A stretch of DNA of 64,000 bases, taken from assembly GCA_012295275.1 (NCBI GenBank), contig CM022666.1:3038001-3102000 (forward strand), in the 5' to 3' direction. A program made the translations under genes and the position numbers. Below are positions 20,434-41,096 of this stretch, in pieces. How positions within the stretch are numbered: the stretch's first letter is position 1; each line of letters begins with the position of its first letter. The DNA comes from Chrysomallon squamiferum (Eukaryota; Animalia; Mollusca). The notes beneath the pieces are model-generated. The model ran no database searches, was not told the origin of the DNA, and saw only the letters and a program-made list of their open reading frames with translations.

Positions 20434-22022
20434 TCAGAATACACGGCTGTTGTTATCAGAAGCAAAATTTTCAGGATTAACTTTACCGCTGCATTTCAAA
20501 AGCGACAGAAACAGTCTGCGGAACGAAGGGACGGTCAGATAGTACAAGAAGAAATGGATGGCGTTGTTTGTGTACTGCAACATGTTGACAACAGCCCATC
20601 CCAGCATCAGTCTTGCTTCTTCGCGCGGTTCGGGTGAAACTTTCCAGCTTCCGAACCCGATCAGATAAACCACAATAGGAGACATGAGCAGAAGAAAGAG
20701 TCCATTGACTGAAAGCAGCATGACGGTTAAGCTAGAAATCTTCATCTTTGTACCTGGCTGTGATGATTCAGAGACGCATCTTTGTCCTTTGACCTTGCAC
20801 ATGCTATCAGACTGAGAAAAACTCCTGATCGGTCCATTTTTCACTTTACCTGGAACATCGTTGTTACAACCGTCCAAAGATCGTCGTCCAGCTTTCAGGT
20901 TTTCAGAAGTATTTTTGCTGAGAAGTTGGTCTTGGGTTTTACAAGAAATATCATTCTTACCATTACCAGAAGACATTTTTGTTGACTGCCCATTTTTATT
21001 TTAGTAGGATCATTGACTTTGTAATTATCAGATATTTTGATGGGATGACCATTTTGGAACTTAGAATGTGTACCGTCTTCTTCATAGTTAACAAAAACAT
21101 TTTGCTCGACCTCCATTTTTTTTTTTCCATTTTTCTGCATTTTTGTTAAGATCTGTGGACAAATCATTTGTTTGATCGTCTTGTACTTTATTTGGAAAAA
21201 CATCGGAGTATTCATCTAAAGGCAAAATTGAAGGTTCACGTTCTTCATTTTGCAAACATGATCCAGGTGAAGCTGTTGTGGATTTTCTTTGACGAATCGA
21301 GAATTTTTCAAATCACTCTTCCTGTGCGCCCAAACTTTCTGAGACGTTTTGACCAGTTTTCTTATGATCAAAATATTGCAAAAAATCATGATGCTAAAAG
21401 GTAAAACACATACAATGCAGAAATCCAACCAAGGCCACACGTCTTCAATAAAAACTTTAAAACTCGGGCTGGCCACGTAACAGTCAATTCCTCTCCCAAA
21501 TATCGTCTTTTCCACTAAAGCGTATGTCCAGAAATAATGCATATTTGCTAACACAAGAACAGCAAGAATCCCTGCTGTAATGATCCTAGCGTTGCGCACG
21601 TTACAGATTATGGTTGCCTTGAAAGGCAAGCAGACGCACAAACATCTGTCAAGTGTCAAAACGACCAAAATCCACGCGGAATAATCCAAGGCCAAATAGA
21701 CCATGAACGTGTGGAACTTGCAAGCAAAATTCGAGTCCAGGCGCATGTCGTAACTGAAGGTGAAGGACACCCAGTGACGTAACAGTCCTGTATTGAGAAC
21801 GGTGGCGTCTGCAAAAGCCAGAATGATTAGATAGAACATGGTTGTCACTGACTGCAGTTTGCGTCTGGTCAGAACAATAATGGACAGGATGCTTCCCAGG
21901 GTTCCTATGACTATGAGGAATGGTGCCACGTACTGCCACAAAATCATGGCGATGTCAAACTCGACGAAATCCCTGAATGTAACCGTCTTGTTTTTATAAT
22001 CATCATCATCGAGATCAAACAT
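20434..22022 (-). CDS. Rhodopsin-family (class A) peptide GPCR, FMRFamide-receptor/GPR139-142-like, single coding exon with a long third intracellular loop; frame-disrupted as assembled
   Basis: ORF 22022-21216 carries TM1-5 (IGTLGSILSIIVL, LAFAD, ACKFH...LTLDRC, LANMHYFW, WPWLDFCIVCVLPF...N). ORF 20976-20434 carries TM6-7 (LTVMLLSV..LFLLLMSP, NMLQYTNNAIHFFLY, FRR helix 8). Start context is gccATG. The two halves are in different frames and the breaks fall only within ICL3. Confidence 0.88.
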
Positions 22023-22699
22023 GGCTTTAGCTGACGGAGAAATTTTGGAATCGTCTCCCTTTTGATGATTATGTTCTTTATGTTTATTTCTTTATGTATC
22101 TCGGAAAAATATTACATTTGTCTGTGTTCCATTCTTTGTTCATTAACAAAACATCAAAAAGTTATTGGTATGACTTTAGAAAAAAAAAGACCTGAATCCT
22201 GCTTCATGTTCATCGAAATTACTTGATGGTTTCACTATCTTATCGATAATCTTTATTTTCTATTCATCAATCTTCGATATTTTATTAATGTAATCATTGA
22301 TGTTTTGTTATTATTGTTTTTGCAGTTTTTATTATAAGTTTAATAATTATAATCAGTTTCTTTTCTGTACTTAACGTCCATTTTTATTAGCATGAGATGT
22401 AAGTTTTTTCATTGTTTTAAATTTACGTCTGTTTAATGCTTGACTTGGCTCTTAAGAACTGAAAAACATTGTGTTGCCTTGCTTTGTCTGAAAATAAAAA
22501 AAAAAAAGAAAAAAAACCCATTAAATTCAGTATTAATCTAGAAGTAAAATAAAATTTTAATTTAATGATGGAATAATGGGAAGCCAGTCAGGATTACTTT
22601 AAAATAATTGTTTATTTCATAATTACTTGATTCTTTCTCGGTAACTATTTAGTAATTAGGAAATAAATAATTAACTATCGAAAAAAATACAGCGTTTTC

Positions 22700-22990
22700 A
22701 TAGACTTTTTGAAATGAGGCAAAAAATGATATCGTTCAAGTCAGTTAGGTCTTTCATCGAAACAATGTCGGTGGACATAAACGAATTGATTCAGTAAATA
22801 TCGTTTCCATCGGAATAGAGATATATATTTTATATTTTTAAAATAAAATCTTTGAAATATATAATTTTTTTTTTTAAAACAAAAAAACAAAAAACAAAAA
22901 AAAAGCAAACAAAAAAACAACAACAACAACAACAAAAGAACAGTCAATTTCGGTAGGAGGCATTTGCCTCATTTGCCTCAATGTAGTTAC
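22700..22990. mobile_element. Second, degenerate copy of the same MITE, same orientation
   Basis: Shares tagac..tttttgaaatgaggcaaaaa, tctttcatcg, aaacgaatt.attcagt..atatcgtttc, gaatagagat.tatattttatatttt, gtcaatttcggtagg.ggcatttgc with 20077-20427. Termini are eroded. Confidence 0.7.
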
Positions 22991-24748
22991 TGATTATTAT
23001 GAAACTAATAAGCTTCAAGGCCCGTAATCCCGGAATTATTATTATCTTTCTTTTTTTTTTTTAATTTTTATTTATTTATTTATTTGTTTGTTTTTTTTTA
23101 ATTTTGTGATATGTCATGGAAAAAAATCCACTGAAGACGATAACAGTGGTTATCGAGACTTTTGTTATCGCTCGCAAAGAGTCCTAACATCTTAAGCTCT
23201 AGAGCCATCAAAATGTAGGTCCATTACTAGTAAAACAAAATAGAAAATTTCACTTTAACCATTTCCTTCAACCAGTAATGTGCACATCGGAAAACTACAA
23301 AACATTAACAGAGAACTCGACTTTAAGTTCTTTTAATAAAATCTACGTAACTCATAATTACCGATAATTTATCATTTTTGAATGGTTCTAACTCTAATGC
23401 TAAAGCTTACTGAATAATTTTCTGTAATAAACTTTTGGACGTTAAATAATTAGTAATCCATGAGAGAAAATTATCAAATCATCAAGTTATCTTCTATATG
23501 CACCGTCCTATAGACAGTAACGAAAAACAGATTTATTTTTTATACAATTTTATACATAGACTAGATAGATTATGACATTGTTTGCTGGAACAATGAAATT
23601 TAATGTGACAGGAATAGATAAATTTGTTACAACTACTCTGAACGATAATAATAATAATAATGCAATTTATAGCTTTAATGAAAATAATAATTAAATAAAG
23701 CTAAAAGACATTTACGTTAACAATAACCGGTTTTTCGTTAAAAATTTAGACAAATAAATAAATAAATGAAATAAAAGAAAAGAAAAGAAAAATGAAAAGA
23801 AAAAAGATCAGAAAATTAAAATATGGTTTCTTTTCTAAAAATTACCAATCATGTTAAATATGTAATCGAAGACACAGCATGCACATGCATAACTGCACAC
23901 GTTCAGCTTAACTGCATGAAACAGAAATACCTATACATACATGTATACCAAACCTGCCAGAACACCGGTTAAAAAACCACCAAACAACTTGATATTATCC
24001 GTAGATCATTCTCCAGTAGAAAAACTAAAATCTGCCTAGGTATAAACTAAACAACAACCATCCTTGATCTAAATATTTAAAAAGTGGGTGAAACTATTTC
24101 GATTTTCGATCAAGCAGACGACAGCATATGGTTATGACGTCGCGTGCTATAAAAACTCGAGTTGGGGACACAAGAGTACTTGGTCCTGATACAGTGCTGT
24201 AAATGTCTCGACTTGACTGTTTATAACTGTCCTGACATTTGTGAAAAGGCTGTAACAAACTCAATTCTCCTTCAAAACTCGTAAAATCACGTCATTGTAA
24301 ATGCATGTACCAAGTTATATGGTTGATACCAATGTTATATTTCTCGTTTGTTTCTAGGCCCTCTATCCCTATTTTTATTTTTTATTTTTATTTTATTATA
24401 TATTATTTTCAAATGTGTAACTTGTCGCCTTAGAATAAAAACCATAGCAAAAACATCGATCTCAACAACAACAACAGCAATAATAATAATAACAATAATA
24501 ATAATAATAATAATAGCAACAACGACAACATAAAATAACATAGAAAAAACAAGAACAAATAAAAATCTGCTAAATTTTAAATAAAAATATATAATCGTAA
24601 CTAATATTTTATGTATAATGGCAAATTATTATTTTCTAAATATGACTCAGCCTCGTTTTCATGCAGTATACGAATGATGATTTTGATTGGGCTGTCAAAA
24701 AGGCATAATCTTTATAAATATTTTTATGTATTGAAATATAATTATCAA

Positions 24749-24795
<47 letters not shown>

Positions 24796-25806
24796 CTTTA
24801 AAGAATGATTAATTTTTTTTTTTTTCGAAATTAACCGAGTAATTCCGAAAAGAATAATGACGTCAATAATGGATCTACGTCATGTACATGGGACAGCCAT
24901 TATGCATATCGTGTGGTTTTTCACGTGTTAGGAATTCGTATGTTTAAGATAGTTAATTATTGATATTCTTGGTAATAATTTAATAGAACAGGTATTTTAG
25001 GTCGTGGCTACAATTTTATGTGACTTTGTTTGGATGTGTACGCGTTTTGATGTTTGTGTATGTGACAGAGAATATTTTTTGAGCATATGTTTTTCAAAAT
25101 GTTTGTACAAGGGTCTATGTTTGAATAATATGTATGTATATCAATGTTTGTACATGTGACTGTGTTTGTATAATATGTAAGTGTGTTAATGTTTGCATTG
25201 TGATATGTATTTGCGTTTCTAGGTTTTTGTACTGTGTGTTTGTATTTATGTTATTTAGATGTAGAAAAATCGCATGATATAATAATGGCTTTCCACTGTG
25301 ATAAATGTAAAGTTGAAGATTGGGAATTGTTTTTGAATTTGGGAAGAACTAAATTTGGGAGATTTTCTGTGTATAGCATTCTTTGTTATCGTTAAGTTTA
25401 TGAACGCTAATTATAAATGCAAATTAGTATGATAAAGGTGAAATGTTAGAAGGAAAATATAAACTATTTTGAAAATAAAAACGAATGAAAGTAATTAATT
25501 ATTTCTTCCTATTATTTTTTACACACACACATACACATACATACACATACAAACATATACACACACAGACATACAAACACACACACACATACACATTCAC
25601 ACATGCACACATACACATACATATACATACACATACTCACACAAACATTTGGTATTTGTCCATCCATTCATTCATACATGAAACAGATTTGTGGATGTTT
25701 ACAAGTATATTTTCTTTAATTTATAAATATAATACAGGTGAATTTTTCCACAAATATTGTACAAACTGATACCTGATTGTGTTGGGGGACTGTTCACCAC
25801 TGGTAC

Positions 25807-25837
<31 letters not shown>

Positions 25838-25972
25838 AAACAGTAATCTTTTCTTTTGAAAAAATTATGATTATGATTACAATGAATAAAATATAACAAA
25901 GATAGTTCTGATATAAATAATAAAGATGATGATGATGACAATAATAATAATAATGATGATAAAGCTGATAAA

Positions 25973-26020
<48 letters not shown>

Positions 26021-26699
26021 CCAACTAACAAAAAAAAATTATTCTTCTTATACCTTCCACTTAATTTATTTATTTATTTTGTTTGGTTAAGAGATTATAA
26101 AAACGATTATAACACAAACTCTAGGATATTTACAAGCCTGTCCTCTTAAGAAACATAAAATTACAGGCAACAATAAATGTAATGCTTCAAAAACCAGTTT
26201 TATTTTTTTAATTTTTTTAAATGAATGTTTGCTAACATAATTTCCCTGTCTTAAATAGAAAACATTATTACTATGGTATTACAATGGTTTTATTTTAATT
26301 ATAATTATTTTTATTGAATTATTATTATTGTTATTATTATTGTTGTTGCTATTATTATCACCTCAAGACAAAACAACAATCTGAGAAAAAGAAAAAAAGT
26401 AATTCTTATGTTTTTTTCCCCCATGATGTAATAACAAAATTTAGAAAGCAGGAAAAATATTTTGTGTTATCATTATTATTATTATTATTATTTTTTTTTT
26501 GGCTTTCTTTTGTTGTTTTGTTGTGGTTAATAATAATAATAAATACAATTTTTGTGGGAAAAAAAAAAAAATATTGTTTAACGTTTATGATTCTTAAGTT
26601 ATAATACTGCTATATTTATGAAAATAAATTCCTTTTTATAATATGAGTAATTTTTATAATGTGTAGAAGATTAAATAATTCTGCTTTGAGACCATGTTT

Positions 26700-26837
26700 T
26701 CTTAGTTCTCGCACATGGCGAGAAACTGCGAGATATGCAGCCATCTTTCGTCTAATAAATGAGATCATTACCGGTGCGAGTGTTTGACATAATTATGAAA
26801 TTGTGAAGAATCTGATGGCTGTATTGCTTTTGCAGAG
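26700..26837 (+). promoter_or_regulatory. Probable PAK promoter and non-coding first exon
   Basis: Local CpG enrichment and a strong donor GAG|GTAAGA at 26837/26838. The ATG-containing exon begins at an acceptor (28231), so an upstream exon is required. Confidence 0.55.
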
Positions 26838-27381
26838 GTAAGATCAGAAACAACTTTTGAATATCTTTTATTTATTTCTTCCGGTCAGTGTTGTAATTGC
26901 AGGCTTTTACATCAGCGTAAAATTAAAAAAACAAAGGCCTGTCAATGATTCGAATGAATCATCTCATTGATTTGTGATGTCACACAGACCCAAAACATTT
27001 AGATTTTACTGTAACAAGTGAAAAAAAGAAAGTGCAAGGAATAATTATTAAAATGAAGTGAATTTCAACAAAATCGAGAAAAAATACTCATACGCGAGCT
27101 ATAAAACATCACATCGTGCTGCGAGATCAGGCCAATCCCACCTCAATTTTTAATGCGTTTAGTTTTAACTTTTTTTTCATGTTAAACCTTATGTATGTTC
27201 TTTTACTTTTTTCTTTCTTTTTACCCCAGTGAACTTCGCTGTATAATTTTATCATTCTTTGAATTACCGTTAACAGAATTATTAATTTTCATCAATGAGC
27301 GTGTAAAATAATGAATACATAAAAGACACTGTCTTAGACAGTAGGTCGTAAACATGTTTTTTTTAAACCCACTGATCACTG

Positions 27382-27436
<55 letters not shown>

Positions 27437-28271
27437 GAAAAATGTCATTTCATAAACATTTATTAACTATTTTATAATCCAGATGATCAACTGTGATTTA
27501 ATTTTTAGTTGGCACAAAACCAAGCAATGTTTTTTGATTACACTGGCAAGATAATTGCAATCACATTAACATTGTTTTGTTCATTAAGTGAATTATACAA
27601 ATAGAAATGGCCTAGCCTGAAATAATCCAATGAGTTGTAGGCCGTCTGGATGTCAAGACAGAACTCTGACATCAGCATGATTCAACATGTTGTTGTCCAC
27701 TTGAGACACTGGACAAGCTGGTCATCACAAGCAAGCAGACGTAGACAATGACTGGACTTTTCTGGATAAATTTGAAACATTCTTGGTCACTTTAAAGAAG
27801 AAATACATTTTACATAGACTTGAATGACAAATAAAAATGTCATATGCAGTTTAGTCATACCTATGGGCATCTAGTGTGAGTCATCCAATGGATATAAAAA
27901 TATACCACCTGTAAGATGGTAGAATCCTTGAATAAGCCTATTGAAAAGTTATTATTTTGCCTGATCTCAGTAAGAAAACAGGAAATCATACAAGCTGTAC
28001 ATCGAGCTATGCGATTGTGATATTAGGATAAGAGTAAGTTAGAGAGTTTTAAATTTTCAATTTAAAAAAAAATTAAATTTTTAGTGAATCCTTGATGACA
28101 TAAATATATTTATAATATTTTGTTAATTTCAGTTAATTCTTAATGACATATATATATATAATATTTTGTTAAATTATGAAATTTTACTGTGTAAAAAAGT
28201 ATTATTTTTTTTTGTAATTGTTATTTTTAGAAATTGAAACAAGCATTGTGAGAGTACACGAAACTGAGAAG

Positions 28272-35332
<7,061 letters not shown>

Positions 35333-35342
35333 AGCTTTTCAG

Positions 35343-35604
35343 GTAAATAATGTCTAAACTTTTTTATTCTGTTAAACTTTTGATCTAGCTTTCGTTGTGA
35401 TACAGATTATGTGATAACATGATATGAAATAAAATATGATATATGTTATAAAAATAAAAATTGTATATAATATAATATAGTATAGTGTTGTGTTGTATGA
35501 TGTGCTATGATATATAATATAATATAATATCTAGTATGTTACTTAATACTCTGTTGCATAATATAAATATTTTTAGTTAAATTTATTTAAATTTATTTTT
35601 ACAG
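35343..35604 (+). other. Probable intron in the PAK 3' UTR
   Basis: CAG|GTAAAT 10 nt after the stop codon, an AT-rich interior, and tttatttttacag|A acceptor followed by GC-richer UTR-like sequence. Confidence 0.6.
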
Positions 35605-38600
35605 AATATCACACTATCTGCTGAGATGCCTTTTTGATGGTTGCTATGACGACATCCAGAGAGTGAGAGGGGAGTTGCAGGTGTTTATTTTTTGGGAGGG
35701 GGAGCCTTATCTTGTACGCTCAAGAAGAAAACGGCTTATCTTGCTTGATGAAGTGAGACTTGTAAACTGAGGCTCAAATCACACAGTATCAGTCTGACAT
35801 TTTTTTTATCACAAAATTTAAAAACCAGAAAGATATTTAGGAAAACTAATCCTGGAATATGAAATATATTGTTTTTCCATTTTTTAAAATCTTTTTTCTT
35901 CTTTGTTTTGATGTTTTACTGGAGAAAATTAATATAATTTTTCTTTCTATTTTATTTTTTAAACTTTTTTGTTATATTATTGTCAGATGACATGATGAAA
36001 GTATATAAATATTAATTTAGGCATCTAAATATTTTTTAATTTTATAAGGTATTAATTAACTCCATTTAGAAAATGATGTGGAAAGAATTATAGTTTTTCT
36101 TTTGTGTTTCTTTCACTTCAGAAAAATACAAGATATCATGACATTATTTCCACAAAAAAAAGTAATTCTTGTATTATATTTTCACTCCTTCTAACAGCTG
36201 ATACTAACAAAGAAGACCAAGACGATGATGATGGAAAGATTTATTATCTTTCCTTCATGTTTTATGGTTGTGGGGTACATTAAACTGTTGGGATATTAAA
36301 AATTAAAATATAAAAAATAAAAAATGTAATAATATTAAAATCAAAATTTATTAAAAAAAAACAAACAACCAACAATTGTAGATCTCAGAAACAGTTAGAA
36401 ATGGCCCTGTTTGTGTTTGTTGTCTTTATTGAACTGTGACTCACTGTTGTGTGTTTGGGTGTTGATAGAAAATACAGGGTTTCATTAACAGAATTGCAGT
36501 GATTATTAGTAGCATTATCAGTTTTTAATATAGATGTACCTGTACAAAGAAAAGAGGACTTGTACATCTTGAAAATGTCGATCTTGTAAAAAATACACAA
36601 AAAAAACCAAAATGGCCACCGGTTCAAAATTGCAAATAAATCTTTTGAAAAATGGACAGTTTGAATCTGGTGGATGTATTGGGTTAGAGTAATGCATCTC
36701 TCCTGTGAATGTACCTGATTGACATTTCATGAATGTTCGCTTGCTTCCATTTAAAATATGCATGTTGTTCCCTTTAGCTTCTTGCTGCCAAAGTTTAGCA
36801 TTATAGATGTGGTGGAAATGTTGCAGAATAAAACTGACTAAACATGACAATTTTATATTGATGTTTTATTGTATGAAGAGAATTTACAATATTATGTGAT
36901 TAAATGTGGAGTAAACATAATTATGAAATGATTTTGATTTTCAAGGAATATTTTATTTGGTTTTTAGTTTTTTAAGAAATGAAAGAATTTGTAATTATTG
37001 ATTTTTTTTTATTTTTTTATTTTACAGTAAAATATAAAACTGAGTAAATAATAATCTTTGAGGATTTAATATTAATCAGGACTATATATTTTATAATACA
37101 AATAATAGGTATGTTCTGTTGTATTCATTTCAGTTTGGAATATAAATTTCTTTAAAAACACTCCTTCCTCTCCCAAAATAATAAAATATAAACTAAAAAA
37201 TGAAATAGAAAAATCAATAATATTAATAGATGTGATGTATTTTATTGATTTTTCAAATTTTAATTTCCCAGTAGCAGATCCAAATTAAAATAAACAAAAC
37301 CTAAAAAACCAAACATTAAAAAATGTATGTGACATTTGATTATAAATATGCAGTCATAAAATGTTTATGATTCTTTATAACATTATGATCATTTTTTTTT
37401 ATATATTGACTTTAATAATTTTATTCTTCTGGATAAAACATAATCATGCATCTAAACCAGTGTCTTTTTTTTGTTTTTTCTTTCTATCTGGTTGTATATG
37501 TTCGTCTAAAATAATTAAAAATTTCTGTTTTATTTAAAATGATGTCAATGATTTCATTTTTTTTACACGTTGCCCATCATGTACATTAGTATTTAATCAG
37601 TCGAGAGAGAATTTTAATCTCTATAATTCAGTATTTTTGGTCTCATAATTAAATCTTCATTCTATTGTCATTGTGTTCACCTCTTAATCATTTGAATATT
37701 CAGACGCGAATACATGAATTTTCACCGATTGGAATTATTCTATTAATTCATTGAAGTTATTTTGTTATTTTTGCTTTTCAAACAAAAGAATTTTGGTTAA
37801 AATGCATACAATTTTAAATTTTTTATATATATATATATATATTTATTTATTTATTTATTTATTTATTTATATTTTTGTTTTCTCAACCACTTGAGATCGA
37901 TGGAAAGTTATATTAATTTTTTTTTTTTTTTTTTAAAGTTTAAAATTTTCTGATTTCTATATTATCTATAGATGTGTCTTTTATATAAATTTATTAACCT
38001 TTTGAAACCCTTTATCTACAATGTATTTACATTAGTTTTTTTGAAAAAAAAAATCTTGAAATGTGAATTATTTACTCGCCAAAAATATTATATTAAGATA
38101 GAGATAAAATGGAAAACGAGAACGGTAAAGGAGAAAAATTGGACTAAACAAAAATGATGATGAAAACAAATGAAACAACACATACAGTTAATCTTTGGGA
38201 ATGTTATTGAAGGTTGTAATAATTTATGATGAGTAATAAAACTGTACATTATTTGTAGTATACGTGTGTTTGGATGTGTGTTGTTTTTATAGATCGCTAG
38301 TAAAAACCAAGCTTGGTGCTATGTGTTTCACAGTTTATTATAGATGTGTAGAAACCTAGAACTCTTTGCTGTTTGTTCTTTATTATGTATAAATGTTTTT
38401 GTGTAGAAACTTGTAAATGTCTTCATGTGATTTGGAAAAAATTTCTTGTGAATTTGTTGATAATTATAAAATGTTAAAATGTTAATTTACAAAACCATGT
38501 AAAAAAAAAACAAAACCCAAAACGTACTCCTTTTACTAACTATTTTATCATTTTGATGATTTGTGTCATATATTGTGGAGTATGTTCAAATATTATAAAA

Positions 38601-41060
38601 AAAACATTGATATACTGAGACATTATTATTTTATTTATTTCTTAAAATATCACACAATACTGAGAAGAAATAACTTGAATATATTTAGTATCCTTTCCAG
38701 CAATTGTTTTGTTTCTTTTTAAAATCTAGTAGTGGTATATACAAATAACAGAAAAAAATAAAAATAAAATAAAATAAAATTGTATGATTTCAGTTCATTG
38801 CTTTAGTTTTTTTTTAAAACAGAACAACAAACTTTGATGATAATAATATTTATTAGTGGTTATGTTATATATGGAATCTGATATTATTTATTTTTACATT
38901 TGTGTTCAAAAGGACAGGAAATAAATTAAATTGAGAATCAGTATGCACCTGTTTAGACTTTTTGTTTGATAAAAGTAATACTTTATTATTAATAAAGGTT
39001 GGTGATCATTTCCTATTAATACAAAATATATTTAATCTACAATTTGTTATTATGTATAGAAACTAATAGACCATTCACTTGTTATCAGCAAAAACTGATG
39101 TTTAAAATCAAAATATAATTATTTTGGTGTAAATTTAAACCATTTAAGCAATTCATTTTATTGTTATGCTTTATTATTGTAAAAGTTTGGTGTTCAATAT
39201 AGTAAATTAGTCACAGCAAAGTAAATGATTAGACGAGGGTTTTCCTTTAGTGCTAATACAGGTATGGTTTAATTGCATAATATGAAAAGTTAAAAGTTTA
39301 GAAAATGCCAAAAACTTGCTTATTTTGCCCAATACTTACTGACTTAATTGCTGGACATAAAATATGCAATAGGATAGAATTGTAATGCCTTAGCTGAAAA
39401 GATAGAATATGGAATATGAAGGTTTGAATAAGACTAAATACTGATATAATTTTCAGTTCACTAGGTTTTTCCATGTCACATTTGATCTGTCTGTATGTAT
39501 TTGCCAGTGTAAAATGTGAAATTCTTGTAAATGGAATACAAAGCAATTTTTTGAACTTTTTTTTTTTTTTTTTTTTTTTGTATTTGAATTTAATTATATA
39601 TATATATATATATGATTGTACAATGTTTTTATGCAATATGTGCCTCATTACATTGTATGAAAAAAATATCTTCCTTTTTGCTCAGTTTTCACTAAGCTTT
39701 GCATTTTCAGTCATGAGAATATTTTTTGTTTTTCTCTTTCATTGATTTATAATTTGAGGTTTTGTTTTCTATAGACAGAATCAAAAATTGACTTTCAATA
39801 AACATTTTCTAATTTATTATTATTATTTTCAATTTAAACATTTTAAGTTTATTATTATTATTTATTATTATTATTGTTATTACCATTACCACTACTACTG
39901 CTGTTATTATTATTTATTGTAATTATTAATTCGTTAATTTGTTTATAAATTTTATTTAATATTTTTGTTTAAAGCATACTGAATAAAAGAAAATGAAATA
40001 ATTTTTAAAATCTTTCAAACTGTATTATCATTTGCATTTAAGATGAGCTCGTATGAACAAATATTTTAACTACATTTTGTATTACTTCAAAACATTTTTG
40101 TTTATAATGGATGGAGCTTAATCTTTACTAAAAATAAAGTTTAGCAGTAAAATAATCTTATGAGGATGTGAGATGCCATTTTCACCTGTTTTGTATGCTC
40201 ACCTTTACTTACAAAACAAAAGAAAAAGGCATCTCTACATTCTTTTGGTATAATTTGTTTACTGTCAGACTTTATTGTTGTTAAAGATTGGGAAATAGAT
40301 GATTTAAATCAGCTGCTTGAAAGCATAGAAAATGTCATTTAGCATTTCTTAACTTTTTTTTTTTTTTTTTTTTTTTTTATAATACATATTTGAAAAAAAA
40401 ACTTTATTTACAAATTTTAAGATGAAATTAACCAGAAGATAGTAATAATTTAGTTTTTATTTATAATAACCAGTTAAAAATTTGTATTTGATAAATTTAC
40501 ATTATTTAACAGCTGGCTGTTTTCTGATGTTTTATTTGTTTCGATTCTTGATTTTTTGTACATTTCTTTTTGATATTAACTATGCATTTGATACTGTTCA
40601 TATTTGTGTACATTTAAAAATAAATGGTGCCATAAATAATATTTGTTGCTCGTGCCATAAATATTTTATGCACAGTGTTAATAGAGGAGTCAATTTGGAG
40701 TTAATTAAATTTACAAGAACACTGAAATTAGGATGGAAATAAGTGTGCTTTATATAATCGCAGTTTGAAAATTCATAAAGTGTTAACTAGAGCATGTATT
40801 AAAATATTTTAAAAATAGTTAAATATACGAGATTTTCGGGTTAATTTTGATCAGGTTTATTTGTTTTTTGCTATATCCTTTGTTTTAGAAATTTACAGAT
40901 TTCTTTGCCTAGTTGGCTGTTTTTTATGAAGAGTACAGGATGTGAAAATGACAGAATAGATTATTAATATTTATCTTTATTTATTTTTTAAAACATCTAC
41001 TAATATATTTAATTTTTATCTGTTTAAAAGAGTGATGAAATAATTTAGCAATTTCTATTT

Positions 41061-41096
<36 letters not shown>

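Noticed and set aside
21213-21218. Stop-codon readthrough at TAG-ATG in the GPCR
   Set aside because: Not a known leaky context. The -1 frame across this point looks like the true protein, and a further frameshift would still be needed.
20986-21239. A hypothetical intron that would remove the GPCR frame breaks (AAC|gtgaac ... gggcag|TCA, in frame)
   Set aside because: The donor is weak, the acceptor lacks the U-rich tract seen at every real intron here, and the segment reads as coding sequence.
36385-36850. Minus-strand ORFs of 80 and 110 aa
   Set aside because: They are antisense to the probable PAK 3' UTR, have non-ATG starts and show no recognisable motifs.
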